DNA of 64,000 bases from Dehalococcoidia bacterium (GCA_965197415.1 OZ240207.1:2197853-2261852); one strand, 5' to 3'; counted from the stretch's first letter, positions 10,396 through 20,506 are shown. The notes: generated by a model from the sequence alone, not told the origin. Translations and numbers: made by a program.

Positions 10396-13215
10396 TCATT
10401 GCCCCGAATCTTCCGCCTGCATCCGTTCTATGGTCTGCCTCAAGCGTTCGAGGCTTTCCAACAGGCCCTCGACGGAGCCCTCCAGATTTTGGACTTCGCC
10501 GATTATGGCGTCAATTGCCTCCTGGGACAGGGCCGGTCTCTGGCCGTCGACGCCGTCCGTCGGAGTTGTAGGGCGAGGAATCTGCGGCGTCAAGGTGTCA
10601 GCGCAAGCCTCAGCACCGTTGACCAGTATACACAAGCTCTCCTCGAGGGTGTCCGACATTACTACCTGCCGGTTGTCGGCGACAATCACCTTTTTCAGCT
10701 CGGGGAGGGGCAGGTTCTCGGCGCGGATGTAGAGAGGTTCTACATAGAGCAGGGTCTGGCTTTCACTGCCGTCTTCCCTAGCGACCTGCATGGGAATGGC
10801 CAGCAGGTTGCCCCGCACACAGACCTTCCCTTCCGGGCAGAGCAGGCTGAGCTCCCTTCCTATGTCCTCGTCGCTGGTTATCCGGCCCTCGATCTGCTCG
10901 GGGCCGTCCACCTGGCCTTTGGGGAAAAGGAACGTAATCAGCTTGCCGTAGTTCTCTCCGTCGCTGCGGGCAGCCATCCACCCGACCATGTTCTTCCGCT
11001 CCTCCCCCGCCGGAGTGAAGGGCAACAGAAGTACATACTCGACGTTTTCCTCGCCGGGCAGCTTCATGATGATGTAGTAAGGTTCGATGTCCTGGGTGTT
11101 GGTGGGAGTCTCAAAGACCTCCCGAGCCCTGGCCCACAGGTCGTCCCGGAGGAAGAATTTCTGCGGCTCTTTCATGTGGTACCTGAGGTTTAGTTCGGAT
11201 TGAGCCTGGAACAGGTCGAACCCGTACCGGATGTGGTCCCTGAGGGAGGGGTCCAGTTGGTCGATGGCGTCAAAGTCCTGGAAGAGGTCCGGGAACGCGT
11301 TCCGGTACATTTGAATCATGGGGTCGCTGGGTTCTCTGACGAAGAAGTGGACGTCCCCGTTGTAAGCGTCAACCACGACCTTCACACTGTTGCGAATGTA
11401 GTTATAGTCCTCGAACCGTTGGGAGTAGGCATAGCGGTCCGTGGTTGTGTAAGCGTCGATTATCCACCAGAGCTTGCCGCCATCGCCTATAACAACGTAG
11501 GGGTCGCTGTCCAGCTTTAGGAAGGGCGCCATCACGGAGACTCGCTCGGTTATTTCTCTGTGGAACATGACCTTGCTGCCAGAGCTGAGCTCGCCGCTGA
11601 TGAGGAGGTTGAAGTCCAAGAACCTCCATGCAAATGCGGCCCGCCGGAAGAAGGAGCCGAGGGCCACGCCGCCGTCCCCCTCATAGTTTTTCAGGACGGG
11701 TTCACCCTGGCTTCCGGGGAAATCGAATTCCCGGGTTTCCGTATCCACGACGACGTAGTTGCTTGTGTTCTCACCGAAGTAGATTTCGGGCCGGTCCACC
11801 GTCAGGTCGCCCACAGGGGGCAGTCCTTCGACGAAGAATTCGGGCCTGCCCTCGTCGGTGTAGGAGCTTACCGGGCTTACGGTGACACCAAACCCGTGGG
11901 TGTAGGCGAGAGTGCGGTTGACCCAGTTCTGGGCGTCCTCCTCCAAGCGTTCGGGGAACAACTCCCTGGCAGCCAGCATCACCTGCTGCAACTCGCCGTC
12001 CTGGAATCGGTAACGGTCTACGTCTACGCCGACGAAGTTGTAGTACTGGCGGAAAGTTTGTATCTGGTTGTAAGTCTGCAGGAGCGGCCTGTGGTCCCAG
12101 AGCCGGATGTTCCGGACTGTCTGGTCGTTGTCGGCAATGGTCTGGCTATCGAGAGAGGGCTCGTAGTCGAAGACCGTCTCTTCAATCAGATTGAGGTTGT
12201 ATGCATCCCGCGTGGCGACGATGGCCCTGTCGATGTACTGCTCTTCACGCACGAACTCGTTGGGCGCAACCCGTAGACGTTGGAAGGCGGAGGGATAGAT
12301 GACCCCGGCCACGATGGCTATGACCGCCCATAGCGTGAAGGCGGCGACCATCAATCGCCCGCCGCCGTAGAATATGGAGGTCACGAAACCCACCGCCGAG
12401 ACCAGTGAGATGGCCACCAGCAGCCACAGCACGGGAACCCGAGCGTTGACGTCAGTGTAGCCTGCGCCGGGGGCCGCGCCCCGTCCGGAAAACACCAGTT
12501 CGTAGATATCCAGATAGTGGGCGACGGATATGGTCAACATCAGAACGGCGCCCAGCACAGCCAGGTGGGTCCTCAGCCTGGGGGTCAAGCCGAAGGTGAG
12601 GCCCCGGATGCCGAAGTTGACCAGATAGAGGGCCGCCGACGTTACAATAGCGGCTATCACCAGTCCCATCATCCAGCCTTGTACGAAATGGAGGATAGGC
12701 ATCACCGCCACGTGGAATGTCATGTCTTTGGTGAACTGGGGGTCCTCGATGCCGAAGGGGACCCTGTTCATGAAGATTAGAATAGTCTCCCACCTGCCCT
12801 GGGCCACCGCTCCGAACACGATGGCAGCTATAAAAACGGTGAGCGCCGCTCCTGCGAGAATGGCGATGCGCCCAAAGCGGATGACCTCCGGAGGCACGGG
12901 CAGAGTTGATTCCCCCCTGGAGAAACGGTGGGCCAAGTGGAGGTTGGCGGCCATTACTGTAGCGGCCAAGACCGCCCCGCCGAAGAACAGCCATATTCGT
13001 GTGCCGAGTATAGTCTTGTACACGCTCAGGATGCCGACTTTGTCGAACCAAAGCCAGTCGGTGTAGATGGTCTTGATCACCGACAGGGCAATGATGACGA
13101 TGACGATGACCCCGATGACGCCGGCAATCTTTCCGATGGCCTTGAAGTTGGTAGTGCTGGGCAGTCCTGCGTACCTACTGTAATCGGGCGGTGGCGCGCC
13201 TCCGTTGGTCGTCAA
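10396..13215 (-). CDS. UPF0182-family large membrane protein
   Basis: 939 aa. There are about 7 N-terminal hydrophobic segments followed by a large soluble region with IRLWD...YNQIQTFRQYY, as remembered for the COG1615/UPF0182 family. Confidence 0.7.
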   Translation of the reverse strand: MTTNGGAPPPDYSRYAGLPSTTNFKAIGKIAGVIGVIVIVIIALSVIKTIYTDWLWFDKVGILSVYKTILGTRIWLFFGGAVLAATVMAANLHLAHRFSRGESTLPVPPEVIRFGRIAILAGAALTVFIAAIVFGAVAQGRWETILIFMNRVPFGIEDPQFTKDMTFHVAVMPILHFVQGWMMGLVIAAIVTSAALYLVNFGIRGLTFGLTPRLRTHLAVLGAVLMLTISVAHYLDIYELVFSGRGAAPGAGYTDVNARVPVLWLLVAISLVSAVGFVTSIFYGGGRLMVAAFTLWAVIAIVAGVIYPSAFQRLRVAPNEFVREEQYIDRAIVATRDAYNLNLIEETVFDYEPSLDSQTIADNDQTVRNIRLWDHRPLLQTYNQIQTFRQYYNFVGVDVDRYRFQDGELQQVMLAARELFPERLEEDAQNWVNRTLAYTHGFGVTVSPVSSYTDEGRPEFFVEGLPPVGDLTVDRPEIYFGENTSNYVVVDTETREFDFPGSQGEPVLKNYEGDGGVALGSFFRRAAFAWRFLDFNLLISGELSSGSKVMFHREITERVSVMAPFLKLDSDPYVVIGDGGKLWWIIDAYTTTDRYAYSQRFEDYNYIRNSVKVVVDAYNGDVHFFVREPSDPMIQMYRNAFPDLFQDFDAIDQLDPSLRDHIRYGFDLFQAQSELNLRYHMKEPQKFFLRDDLWARAREVFETPTNTQDIEPYYIIMKLPGEENVEYVLLLPFTPAGEERKNMVGWMAARSDGENYGKLITFLFPKGQVDGPEQIEGRITSDEDIGRELSLLCPEGKVCVRGNLLAIPMQVAREDGSESQTLLYVEPLYIRAENLPLPELKKVIVADNRQVVMSDTLEESLCILVNGAEACADTLTPQIPRPTTPTDGVDGQRPALSQEAIDAIIGEVQNLEGSVEGLLESLERLRQTIERMQAEDSGQ

Positions 13216-13252
13216 ATTATGCTCCTAACTGTCCCGTCTCGAACTAACCCAC

Positions 13253-14116
13253 CTAAACTCGCCCAGATGAGCCGCTCCTTACAATCTGGGTGCCCGTGAC
13301 CCGGCCCTCAATGCAATCGATGAGGGCCCCGGGGCGGCGGCCGTCCACAATGTTGGCCGCCTGCACCCCGTCCAACGCGCTGAGGCAAGCCTGCAGCTTC
13401 GGTATCATACCGCCCTTTACCACTCCCGAGGAAAGCAGGATTCTGCCGTTCCTAGAGTTGAGCCTGTGAATAAGTCTACCTGAGCCGTCCAGTATCCCGT
13501 CCACGTCGGTCAAGAAAATCAGCCTATCTCCACCCAACGCCCTGGCCAACTCGCCCGCCGCGGTGTCCCCGTTGATGTTGAGCAGGGAGCCGGCCATAGC
13601 AGAGCCGTCGAGCCTATGCATCCCTATCGGGGCTATCATGGGCATATAGCCAGCTTCCAGGGAGGTCCACACTGCGTCAGGATTTACGTCGGTGATCTCG
13701 CCTACATATCCTAACTCCTCATTGGCGGCGCGGGCTTGAAGCAACCCTCCGTCGACACCGCTGAAGCCAACCGCCTTGACTCCCAAGCCTATGAGCGATG
13801 CCACCAGCTGCTTGTTGACGAGTCCCGTCAGCACCGCAGTGGCAATCTCCAGACTGGGTGCGTCGGTGACCCTCAACCCTCCTACAAACCTGGGAACTGT
13901 CCCCTGCTTCTCCATCCACTGGGATATTATGCTGCCGCCCCCGTGGACCACCACCAATGGTACTCCATCCTGCTGCAATGCGGCCAGGTCTTCCAGCGTG
14001 GTGTCATGGGCGCCCAGAGTCGAACCTCCGATCTTCACCACTATCGGAGTGGGCGTCGTGGAAGATCTAGCGTCCAAGGGAAACTGGGGCCTCCGTAGGG
14101 AAATGCGGACCGACAC
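13253..14116 (-). CDS. argB: Acetylglutamate kinase
   Basis: VVKIGGS, VVVHGGG and NINGDTAAGELA motifs. Confidence 0.9.
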   Translation of the reverse strand: MSVRISLRRPQFPLDARSSTTPTPIVVKIGGSTLGAHDTTLEDLAALQQDGVPLVVVHGGGSIISQWMEKQGTVPRFVGGLRVTDAPSLEIATAVLTGLVNKQLVASLIGLGVKAVGFSGVDGGLLQARAANEELGYVGEITDVNPDAVWTSLEAGYMPMIAPIGMHRLDGSAMAGSLLNINGDTAAGELARALGGDRLIFLTDVDGILDGSGRLIHRLNSRNGRILLSSGVVKGGMIPKLQACLSALDGVQAANIVDGRRPGALIDCIEGRVTGTQIVRSGSSGRV

Positions 14117-14150
14117 GCGGGCGTTTCGGGCAGCTTATGGCCATGACAGT

Positions 14151-15368
14151 CTAGGTTGTGTAGGCGCTGTTGAATGTTACGTAGTCTTCGCTGAGATCGC
14201 AGCCCCAGGCCGTGGCGGCGCCGTCGCCCAACCCCAGCCTGATCCTGAAGGACACCTCGCCGCCCCGCATCAACACTATGACCGAGTCCTTATGGAAAGG
14301 AATAGGCCGTCCGTCCTCCATGATGCACACGTCGTTCACGTACAGTGCTATCTTCTCTTCCACCACCTGGGCTCCGCTTCTTCCCAGGGCGGCTATGATT
14401 CTTCCCCAGTTGGGGTCCGCGCCGTGTACGGCTGACTTGACCAGGGTGGAGGATACAACAGTCCTGGCGGCTCGGCGGGCTTCCCCGTTGGAAACAGCCC
14501 CGTCGACAGTAACTTCGATGAGTCGTGTCGCGCCCTCACCGTCTAAGGCCAGTTCCTTGGTCAGATGGATGCACAGAGCCTCCAGGGCTTCCTGGAAGCT
14601 GGCGGCGGCGGGCGAGCCTTCCCGAATGGTGGGAGCTTCCGCAGCTCCGTTGGCGAAAATCAGGACTGTGTCGTTGGTGCTGGAGTCCCCGTCGATGGAC
14701 AGGTTGTTGAAGGAAGCGTCGGCGGCCATCTTCAGGGCTTTCTGGAGAAAGGCCGTATCCACGTCGGCGTCGGTGGTCAGGTAGGACAGCATCGTGGCCA
14801 TGTCGGGATGAATCATGCCTGCGCCCTTGGCGATGCCTCCGACGTGGACCTCTTTGTCGCCTTGCCGGAAGGATACAGCCGCCTGCTTGGGGTGGGAGTC
14901 GGTCGTGGTGATGGCGCTGGCCAGACCGCCGCCCCCGTCGCGGGTGAGGCTGATGTTCCCCAGGTTCGCTCTAATGAGAGCCATGGGAAGCTCGACACCG
15001 ATGAGGCCGGTGCTTCCTATCACCACCTCGTCCGGCGACAGGCCCAGACAACCGGCCGCCAGGGACGTGGCTTCCAGGGCGTCGGTGTAGCCCTGGGTTC
15101 CAACGCAGGCGTTGGCTATGCCGCTGTTCACGACCAGGCCGCGGACTCCCTGTCTCGACACACGTTCTCTAGTCAAGGTCACGGAGGGGGAGACGATGGC
15201 GCTGGTGGTATAGACTCCGGCGGTCGCCGCGGGCCTCTCTGACAGGAGCAGGCCCAGGTCCAGCTTGTCCTCGGCGTAGGTCTTTATGCCCGCGTAAGTG
15301 GCGCCGGCCAGAAAACCCAGGGGCGTGGTTATTGCGCCTCCTTCTATGAAGGTCACTGAGGCGGGCAT
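14151..15368 (-). CDS. argJ: Bifunctional ornithine acetyltransferase / N-acetylglutamate synthase
   Basis: GIAKGAGMIHPDMATMLSYLTTDA autoprocessing region with the ATML site. Confidence 0.9.
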   Translation of the reverse strand: MPASVTFIEGGAITTPLGFLAGATYAGIKTYAEDKLDLGLLLSERPAATAGVYTTSAIVSPSVTLTRERVSRQGVRGLVVNSGIANACVGTQGYTDALEATSLAAGCLGLSPDEVVIGSTGLIGVELPMALIRANLGNISLTRDGGGGLASAITTTDSHPKQAAVSFRQGDKEVHVGGIAKGAGMIHPDMATMLSYLTTDADVDTAFLQKALKMAADASFNNLSIDGDSSTNDTVLIFANGAAEAPTIREGSPAAASFQEALEALCIHLTKELALDGEGATRLIEVTVDGAVSNGEARRAARTVVSSTLVKSAVHGADPNWGRIIAALGRSGAQVVEEKIALYVNDVCIMEDGRPIPFHKDSVIVLMRGGEVSFRIRLGLGDGAATAWGCDLSEDYVTFNSAYTT

Positions 15369-15488
15369 CTTCTACGTTCCTTCCTGCAAACTATTCAGGC
15401 ATGACGGGGCCTTTTTCGGCTCCCGTTTATCGTATGCAGGAGTATATCATAAGACACTGTCCCGTTCCTGTGCTATGATGTTCATAAC

Positions 15489-15764
15489 ATGGCCCAGGGA
15501 ACCCGGCAAGGCGTCAAAGTGGCTGTCCGATTCTTTGCCCTCTACAGAGAACGGGCGGGCCGGACTTCCATGCCCCTGGAGCTTCCCGAAAACTCCACAG
15601 TGGGCGACCTGATTGCCCACGTGCGCGACATCTTCCCACAGCTTGCCCCGCCCGACGTGGACATCGTGGCGGCGGTAAACGCCGAGTACGTCGAGGGGAG
15701 CACGGTGTTGCACCAAGGAGATGAAGTGGCCCTCATTCCCCCCGTAAGCGGAGGTCAGCCATGA
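15489..15764 (+). CDS. moaD: MoaD/ThiS-family sulfur-carrier protein with a 2-residue tail after the GG
   Basis: Ubiquitin-like size. It ends ...ALIPPVSGGQP and overlaps the moaE start by 4 nt. Confidence 0.7.
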   Translation: MAQGTRQGVKVAVRFFALYRERAGRTSMPLELPENSTVGDLIAHVRDIFPQLAPPDVDIVAAVNAEYVEGSTVLHQGDEVALIPPVSGGQP

Positions 15765-16213
15765 TTACAGTGACCCGCGAACCGCTGGACCCTGAACAAA
15801 TCACCGCCCTGATGCGGAAGGACTCCAACGGAGCGGTGGTCACCTTTCTGGGCGTCACCCGGAACCACGCCGACGGCAGGCAGGTGCTTGGGCTGGAGTA
15901 CGAGGCCTACGAGGAGATGGCGGTCAATGAGCTGGAAAAGGTCCGGCTCGAAGTCCTGGCCAAGTACGGCATAGAGGACATGGCCATATCCCACCGCATA
16001 GGCAAGGTGGACATCGGCCAAATCAGCCTGGTGGTGGCGACGGCTTCACCACACCGCAAAGAAGCGTTCCACGCCTGCCACGAGGCCGTGGACCTGCTCA
16101 AGGAGCGGGTCCCCATCTGGAAAAAGGAACATTTCGAGGACGGCGAGGCCCGCTGGGTGGCCTGCGAGTCCCACGAACACGCCCCGTCCCCCCAGCCCAT
16201 ACAGGCGGAGTAG
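15761..16213 (+). CDS. moaE: Molybdopterin synthase catalytic subunit
   Basis: GAVVTFLGVTRN..., SHRIG...GQISLVVA.ASPHRKEAF and PIWKKE blocks. Confidence 0.85.
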   Translation: MITVTREPLDPEQITALMRKDSNGAVVTFLGVTRNHADGRQVLGLEYEAYEEMAVNELEKVRLEVLAKYGIEDMAISHRIGKVDIGQISLVVATASPHRKEAFHACHEAVDLLKERVPIWKKEHFEDGEARWVACESHEHAPSPQPIQAE

Positions 16214-16255
16214 GGCATTACGGCTTCCTTCCTCTCTTAGCACCCACTTGGAAAC

Positions 16256-19200
16256 ATGCCAAGAACAACCGCCCAACTGACGAAAGCCGTTGAAGACTAC
16301 CTTACCTATCTCCGCGTAATACGGGCGTCGGGAGGGGGCACCAATGAACTTTCCTACTACCCCCCACTGACCAACTTGCTGGATGCCGTGGGCGGCACAC
16401 TCAAACCTAAAGTGTTCTGCGTCAGCCAACTGGCGCAGCAGGGCGCAGGCCACCCCGACTTTGGCCTGTATGGCGCCAAGCAGGTGCAAAAGGGCCAACC
16501 CAAGGCCGGGCAGCTTCCGGAGCGCGGCGTGGTCGAGGTGAAGTCCGCCGGCGACGACGCCTGGCTCACCGCCGACAGCGAGCAGGTCAGCAAGTATTGG
16601 AACAAATACCGGCTTGTGCTGGTCACCAACACCCGCGACTTCGTTCTCTTGGGAGAGGATGCGACTGGCCAGCCCGTCAAGCTGGAGACCTTCCGGCTCG
16701 CGGAGTCCGAGGAAGCGTTCGAGTCCCGGCTGGAAAAACCCCGCGCTTTTGCAAAGGACGTGGGTCCCGGTCTGGGAGAATACCTGTGCCGTGCGCTGAC
16801 CCAACAAGCATCCATTGCCGAGCCAAAGGACCTGGCATGGCTGCTGGCCTCATATGCCAGAGACGGGCTGGCACGGGTGGAAGCCGCAGGGGACGCGTCA
16901 TCCCTCAACACCGTAAGGTCCGCGTTGGAAGAGGCCTTGGGTGTACGTTTCGAAGGCGAACGCGGCGCGGCGTTCTTCCGGTCGACGCTAGTGCAGACTC
17001 TCTTCTATGGCATCTTCTCCGCATGGGTTCTCTGGGCGCGGCAGACGCCGCCGCCAACCAGCTCCTTCAACTGGCACGACGCTGCCTGGCATCTCCGCGT
17101 CCCCGTACTACAGGCGTTGTTCCAGCAGGTATCATCCCCCAGCCAGTTGCAGCCCCTGGGGTTGGTGGAAGTTCTGGACTGGGCGGCTGCAGCCCTGGAC
17201 CGCGTAGACCGCACCGCCTTCTTCGACAAGTTCAACGAGGGCGAGGCAGTTCCGTACTTCTACGAGCCCTTCCTGGAAGCGTTCGACCCTGAGCTGCGCA
17301 AGCAGCTTGGAGTCTGGTACACGCCTCCTGAGATAGTGCGTTACATGGTCGCCCGCGTAGACAAGGCCCTGAAAGACGATCTCGAAATCCCCGATGGGCT
17401 GGCAGCGGAGAACGTCTACGTCCTGGACCCCTGCTGCGGCACCGGCGCCTACCTGGCAGAGGTCCTGCGACGCATCGCAGCCAACCTGAAGGGGCACGGC
17501 CTGGGAGCGCTGGCCGGGGCAAAGGTGAAACAGGCCGCCACTGAACGGGTTTTTGGGTTCGAAATCATGCCCGCCCCCTTCGTGGTAGCCCATCTACAAG
17601 TTGGCTTGACGATGCAAGACCTTGACGCGCCGCTGTCTGAAGACGGCGCCGAACGGGCAGGAATATTCCTCACCAACGCGCTCACCGGCTGGGAGCCGAC
17701 GGTGCAGAAGCCTCTGCCGTTCCCGGAGCTCGAAGAGGAGCGCGACCGCGCCGAGCGGGTGAAGCAGGACACCCCAGTCCTGGTCATTCTGGGCAATCCG
17801 CCCTACAACGGCTTCGCGGGCATGGCAGTGGAAGAGGAGCGAGAGCTTTCGACAGCTTATCGAACAACCAAACAAGTGCGTCGGCCGGAAGGGCAGGGGC
17901 TGAACGACCTCTACGTCCGGTTCTTCCGTATGGCGGAGCGGCGCATCGCTGAAAAGACTGGCCGAGGAGTGGTCTGCTTTATCTCGAACTATTCGTGGTT
18001 GGACGGGCTTTCATTTACGGGCATGAGAGAGCGCTACCTGGAGGCGTTCGACGAAATACGCATCGACTGTCTCAACGGAGACAAGTACAAGACCGGCAAG
18101 ACGACACCGGACGGCGCCCCGGACCCCAGCATCTTTTCGACGCCGGAGGACCCGGTAGGCATCCAGGTCGGGACAGCAATCACGACGCTGGTGCGGAAGG
18201 CTGACCACTCGCCCTCGGAGACAGTCGGTTTTCGGCATCTGTGGGGTCAAGCCAAACGTGAGGAGCTTACCGTAACAGCTGAAACCGAGCCAGCCGCACT
18301 CTACGACAGCTTCGAGGCGAACCTAGCTCTCGGACTGCCCTTCACAAAAATGGAGGTCAATGACGCTTGGCAAGACTGGCCGTCGCTGACTGACCTATTT
18401 CCGGTATCGTTTCCAGGCGTTAAGAGTGGCCGTGACCCATTTGTCGTCGATATCGACCTCGACAGCCTGAAAGTTCGCATGACGGATTATTTCAACTCTA
18501 ACCTGAGCCATCAGGAAATCGAACGCAGGTACCGAACCGCCATGCGTAACCCCAGAGAGTACGACTCCCGTGGAGTGCGTGACGCCCTACTCAAGCACGG
18601 CGGTCCCACTAAGCTGGGGTTTATCCGTTACGCATACCGCCCCTTCGACAACCGATGGCTCTATTGGGAGCCCAGAGAGAAATTGGTGGATCGTCCGCGA
18701 GTCGACTACAAGCCGCATGTGTTCGACGGGAACTTGTGGATGGTTACACAGCAGAAACCGCGTCGGGAATGGTCGTGTCCGCAAGTGATTTCGAGTATCG
18801 GGTGCATCGATCTCATGGACCGCAGTGCTACTTGTATTTCGGCCTGGCTCCGGGATGAAGGACTAGGACTCGACAGCGACCGCGCCGGTCGTCGTCCTAA
18901 CCTATCGGAGGCCGCCCAGCACTACCTCAACTACCTTGGCCTCGGCGTAGAAGATTTGTTCCACCACGTCCTGGCTGTGCTGCACGACCCCTCCTACCGC
19001 GAGGCCAACGCCGGGGCACTAAGGATGGAGTGGCCTCGCATCCCGCTGCCAGGCTGGCCCGACGGCGACAGGGAAGGCGCAGCGGAGGAGCTTGCCGCAT
19101 CCGCTGCTCGCGGTCGCAAGCTGGCGGCGCTGCTTGACTCGGAGAAGCCCGTTCCGGGCGTCACGGAAGGCACTCTGCGCCCAGACATCGCCGCGATTGC

Positions 19201-19582
19201 TGTGCCGTCCACCTCCGACGGCGGCAACATGTCCGGCAACGACTTCGCACTGACGGCGGGCTGGGGCCATTTCGGGCAGGGAGAGGCGGTCATGCCGGGC
19301 CAAGGCCGGGTCGTCGAACGTCCCTACACCACAAACGAGCGAACCGCCTTGGGCGAAACCATACAGACTCTCGGCGACACGACGTTCGACGTTTACCTGA
19401 ACGACCGCGCCTACTGGCGCAACGTCCCAGCCGCCGTCTGGAGCTACAAGCTGGGCGGATACCAGGTCCTCAAAAAGTGGCTGTCGTATCGGGAAGACAA
19501 GGTCCTGAGTAGGGCACTAAAGCCGGAGGAAGTGCAGCACTTCACCGACACAGCGCGGCGGATAGGGGCGATCTTACGATGA
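16256..19582 (+). CDS. Single-chain Type IIG (MmeI-like) restriction endonuclease / N6-adenine DNA methyltransferase candidate
   Basis: N-terminal PD..ExK-like signature (HPDF at 16451-16462, VEVK at 16532-16543, then YRLVLVTNTRDFVLL). Methyltransferase motif IV GNPPY (NPPY at 17795-17806). The C-terminal region contains YKLGGYQVLKKWLSYRE. No helicase module is present. Confidence 0.7.
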   Translation: MPRTTAQLTKAVEDYLTYLRVIRASGGGTNELSYYPPLTNLLDAVGGTLKPKVFCVSQLAQQGAGHPDFGLYGAKQVQKGQPKAGQLPERGVVEVKSAGDDAWLTADSEQVSKYWNKYRLVLVTNTRDFVLLGEDATGQPVKLETFRLAESEEAFESRLEKPRAFAKDVGPGLGEYLCRALTQQASIAEPKDLAWLLASYARDGLARVEAAGDASSLNTVRSALEEALGVRFEGERGAAFFRSTLVQTLFYGIFSAWVLWARQTPPPTSSFNWHDAAWHLRVPVLQALFQQVSSPSQLQPLGLVEVLDWAAAALDRVDRTAFFDKFNEGEAVPYFYEPFLEAFDPELRKQLGVWYTPPEIVRYMVARVDKALKDDLEIPDGLAAENVYVLDPCCGTGAYLAEVLRRIAANLKGHGLGALAGAKVKQAATERVFGFEIMPAPFVVAHLQVGLTMQDLDAPLSEDGAERAGIFLTNALTGWEPTVQKPLPFPELEEERDRAERVKQDTPVLVILGNPPYNGFAGMAVEEERELSTAYRTTKQVRRPEGQGLNDLYVRFFRMAERRIAEKTGRGVVCFISNYSWLDGLSFTGMRERYLEAFDEIRIDCLNGDKYKTGKTTPDGAPDPSIFSTPEDPVGIQVGTAITTLVRKADHSPSETVGFRHLWGQAKREELTVTAETEPAALYDSFEANLALGLPFTKMEVNDAWQDWPSLTDLFPVSFPGVKSGRDPFVVDIDLDSLKVRMTDYFNSNLSHQEIERRYRTAMRNPREYDSRGVRDALLKHGGPTKLGFIRYAYRPFDNRWLYWEPREKLVDRPRVDYKPHVFDGNLWMVTQQKPRREWSCPQVISSIGCIDLMDRSATCISAWLRDEGLGLDSDRAGRRPNLSEAAQHYLNYLGLGVEDLFHHVLAVLHDPSYREANAGALRMEWPRIPLPGWPDGDREGAAEELAASAARGRKLAALLDSEKPVPGVTEGTLRPDIAAIAVPSTSDGGNMSGNDFALTAGWGHFGQGEAVMPGQGRVVERPYTTNERTALGETIQTLGDTTFDVYLNDRAYWRNVPAAVWSYKLGGYQVLKKWLSYREDKVLSRALKPEEVQHFTDTARRIGAILR

Positions 19583-20433
19583 CGATCCGTTCAAATCACG
19601 GAATTTTGACCGAGATGTGCGATCTCGTCATAGACTTCCTGAACGAAAAAGGATTGGACCTCAAAGACGATTCCTTTTTCGCACAGGAGGTTGGCAAGAT
19701 CCAGTCGCCGGAAAGGCGTGAGTGGCTCAAGACGTACTTATCTGAGAACGCTTATTTTCTATTACATGGCATCGTTAACCTGGCGTATTCGTTGGATTTC
19801 ATCCTATCCCAACGCAATCGTGCAATCGTATCAATAAGTGGGCAGGTTCTGCTCCGAACCATACTAGAATATAGTGGCAAACTAACCTATCTTGCTGACC
19901 CTGAGATTAGTCCTAATCAGCGAATCAAGCGGGCCCTTAAGACATACTATACTGACCTTGACGAATACGAACGTCTACTTCCGGAGCTTAAAGCGGAGCC
20001 TAGCCAGAACCTAAAGGAGTTCGCTCAGGAATGGTATGCAGAAGTAGCTGAAGGCAAAGAACTGAAGCGGTACAGAGGACCACGGAGCATCTTTGACTCG
20101 ATTGGTGACCCGGAGTTCGAGGAATGGCCTATAGATAGAACCGGAAAATCTGTAAATCCAGTATACGCTCTGGGTTACCAAGTAAACTCTACGATCACAC
20201 ATGGCAACCTTTGGGCAATAAAGCACTATGGATTGACTCATGTTAACAAGTCAGGCGGCATAACTACGGCGTTGCCGGGTTTGGATGCAGACGGAATACT
20301 TTCTCTCCAAAGAGCAGCGGCTACCGTGCTCCAGTTATCATTTGGCTTTGCAGTCCAGTTCATGCACGGTCGTCTCCCTTCGGGCGTCATGAATAGGCTG
20401 GGAGCCCGTATCCAATCGCTCACGAATTCTTGA
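19579..20433 (+). CDS. Hypothetical protein (284 aa), translationally coupled to the RM candidate
   Basis: Long clean ORF. An ATGA stop/start overlap lies at 19579-19582. It is visibly more A/T-rich than its neighbour and I recognise no motif with confidence. Confidence 0.65.
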   Translation: MTIRSNHGILTEMCDLVIDFLNEKGLDLKDDSFFAQEVGKIQSPERREWLKTYLSENAYFLLHGIVNLAYSLDFILSQRNRAIVSISGQVLLRTILEYSGKLTYLADPEISPNQRIKRALKTYYTDLDEYERLLPELKAEPSQNLKEFAQEWYAEVAEGKELKRYRGPRSIFDSIGDPEFEEWPIDRTGKSVNPVYALGYQVNSTITHGNLWAIKHYGLTHVNKSGGITTALPGLDADGILSLQRAAATVLQLSFGFAVQFMHGRLPSGVMNRLGARIQSLTNS

Positions 20434-20506
20434 GTCCGATTATCCGTACAGTGGACCGGTTCCGCAGCGGAAGGATGCATCTGTGTATCTGTCTACGGGA
20501 CAGAAC

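Noticed and set aside
16046-16807. 253-aa minus-strand ORF overlapping moaE and the RM gene. Similar long antisense ORFs occur at 10333-11193, 27394-28218, 29188-29907, 43043-43966, 45075-45914, 50236-51240, 52450-53505, 52910-53626 and 57850-58773.
   Set aside because: All lie antisense to genes with clear family motifs. Their translations are R/G/P/H-rich and low in complexity, as expected for open antisense frames in high-GC DNA.
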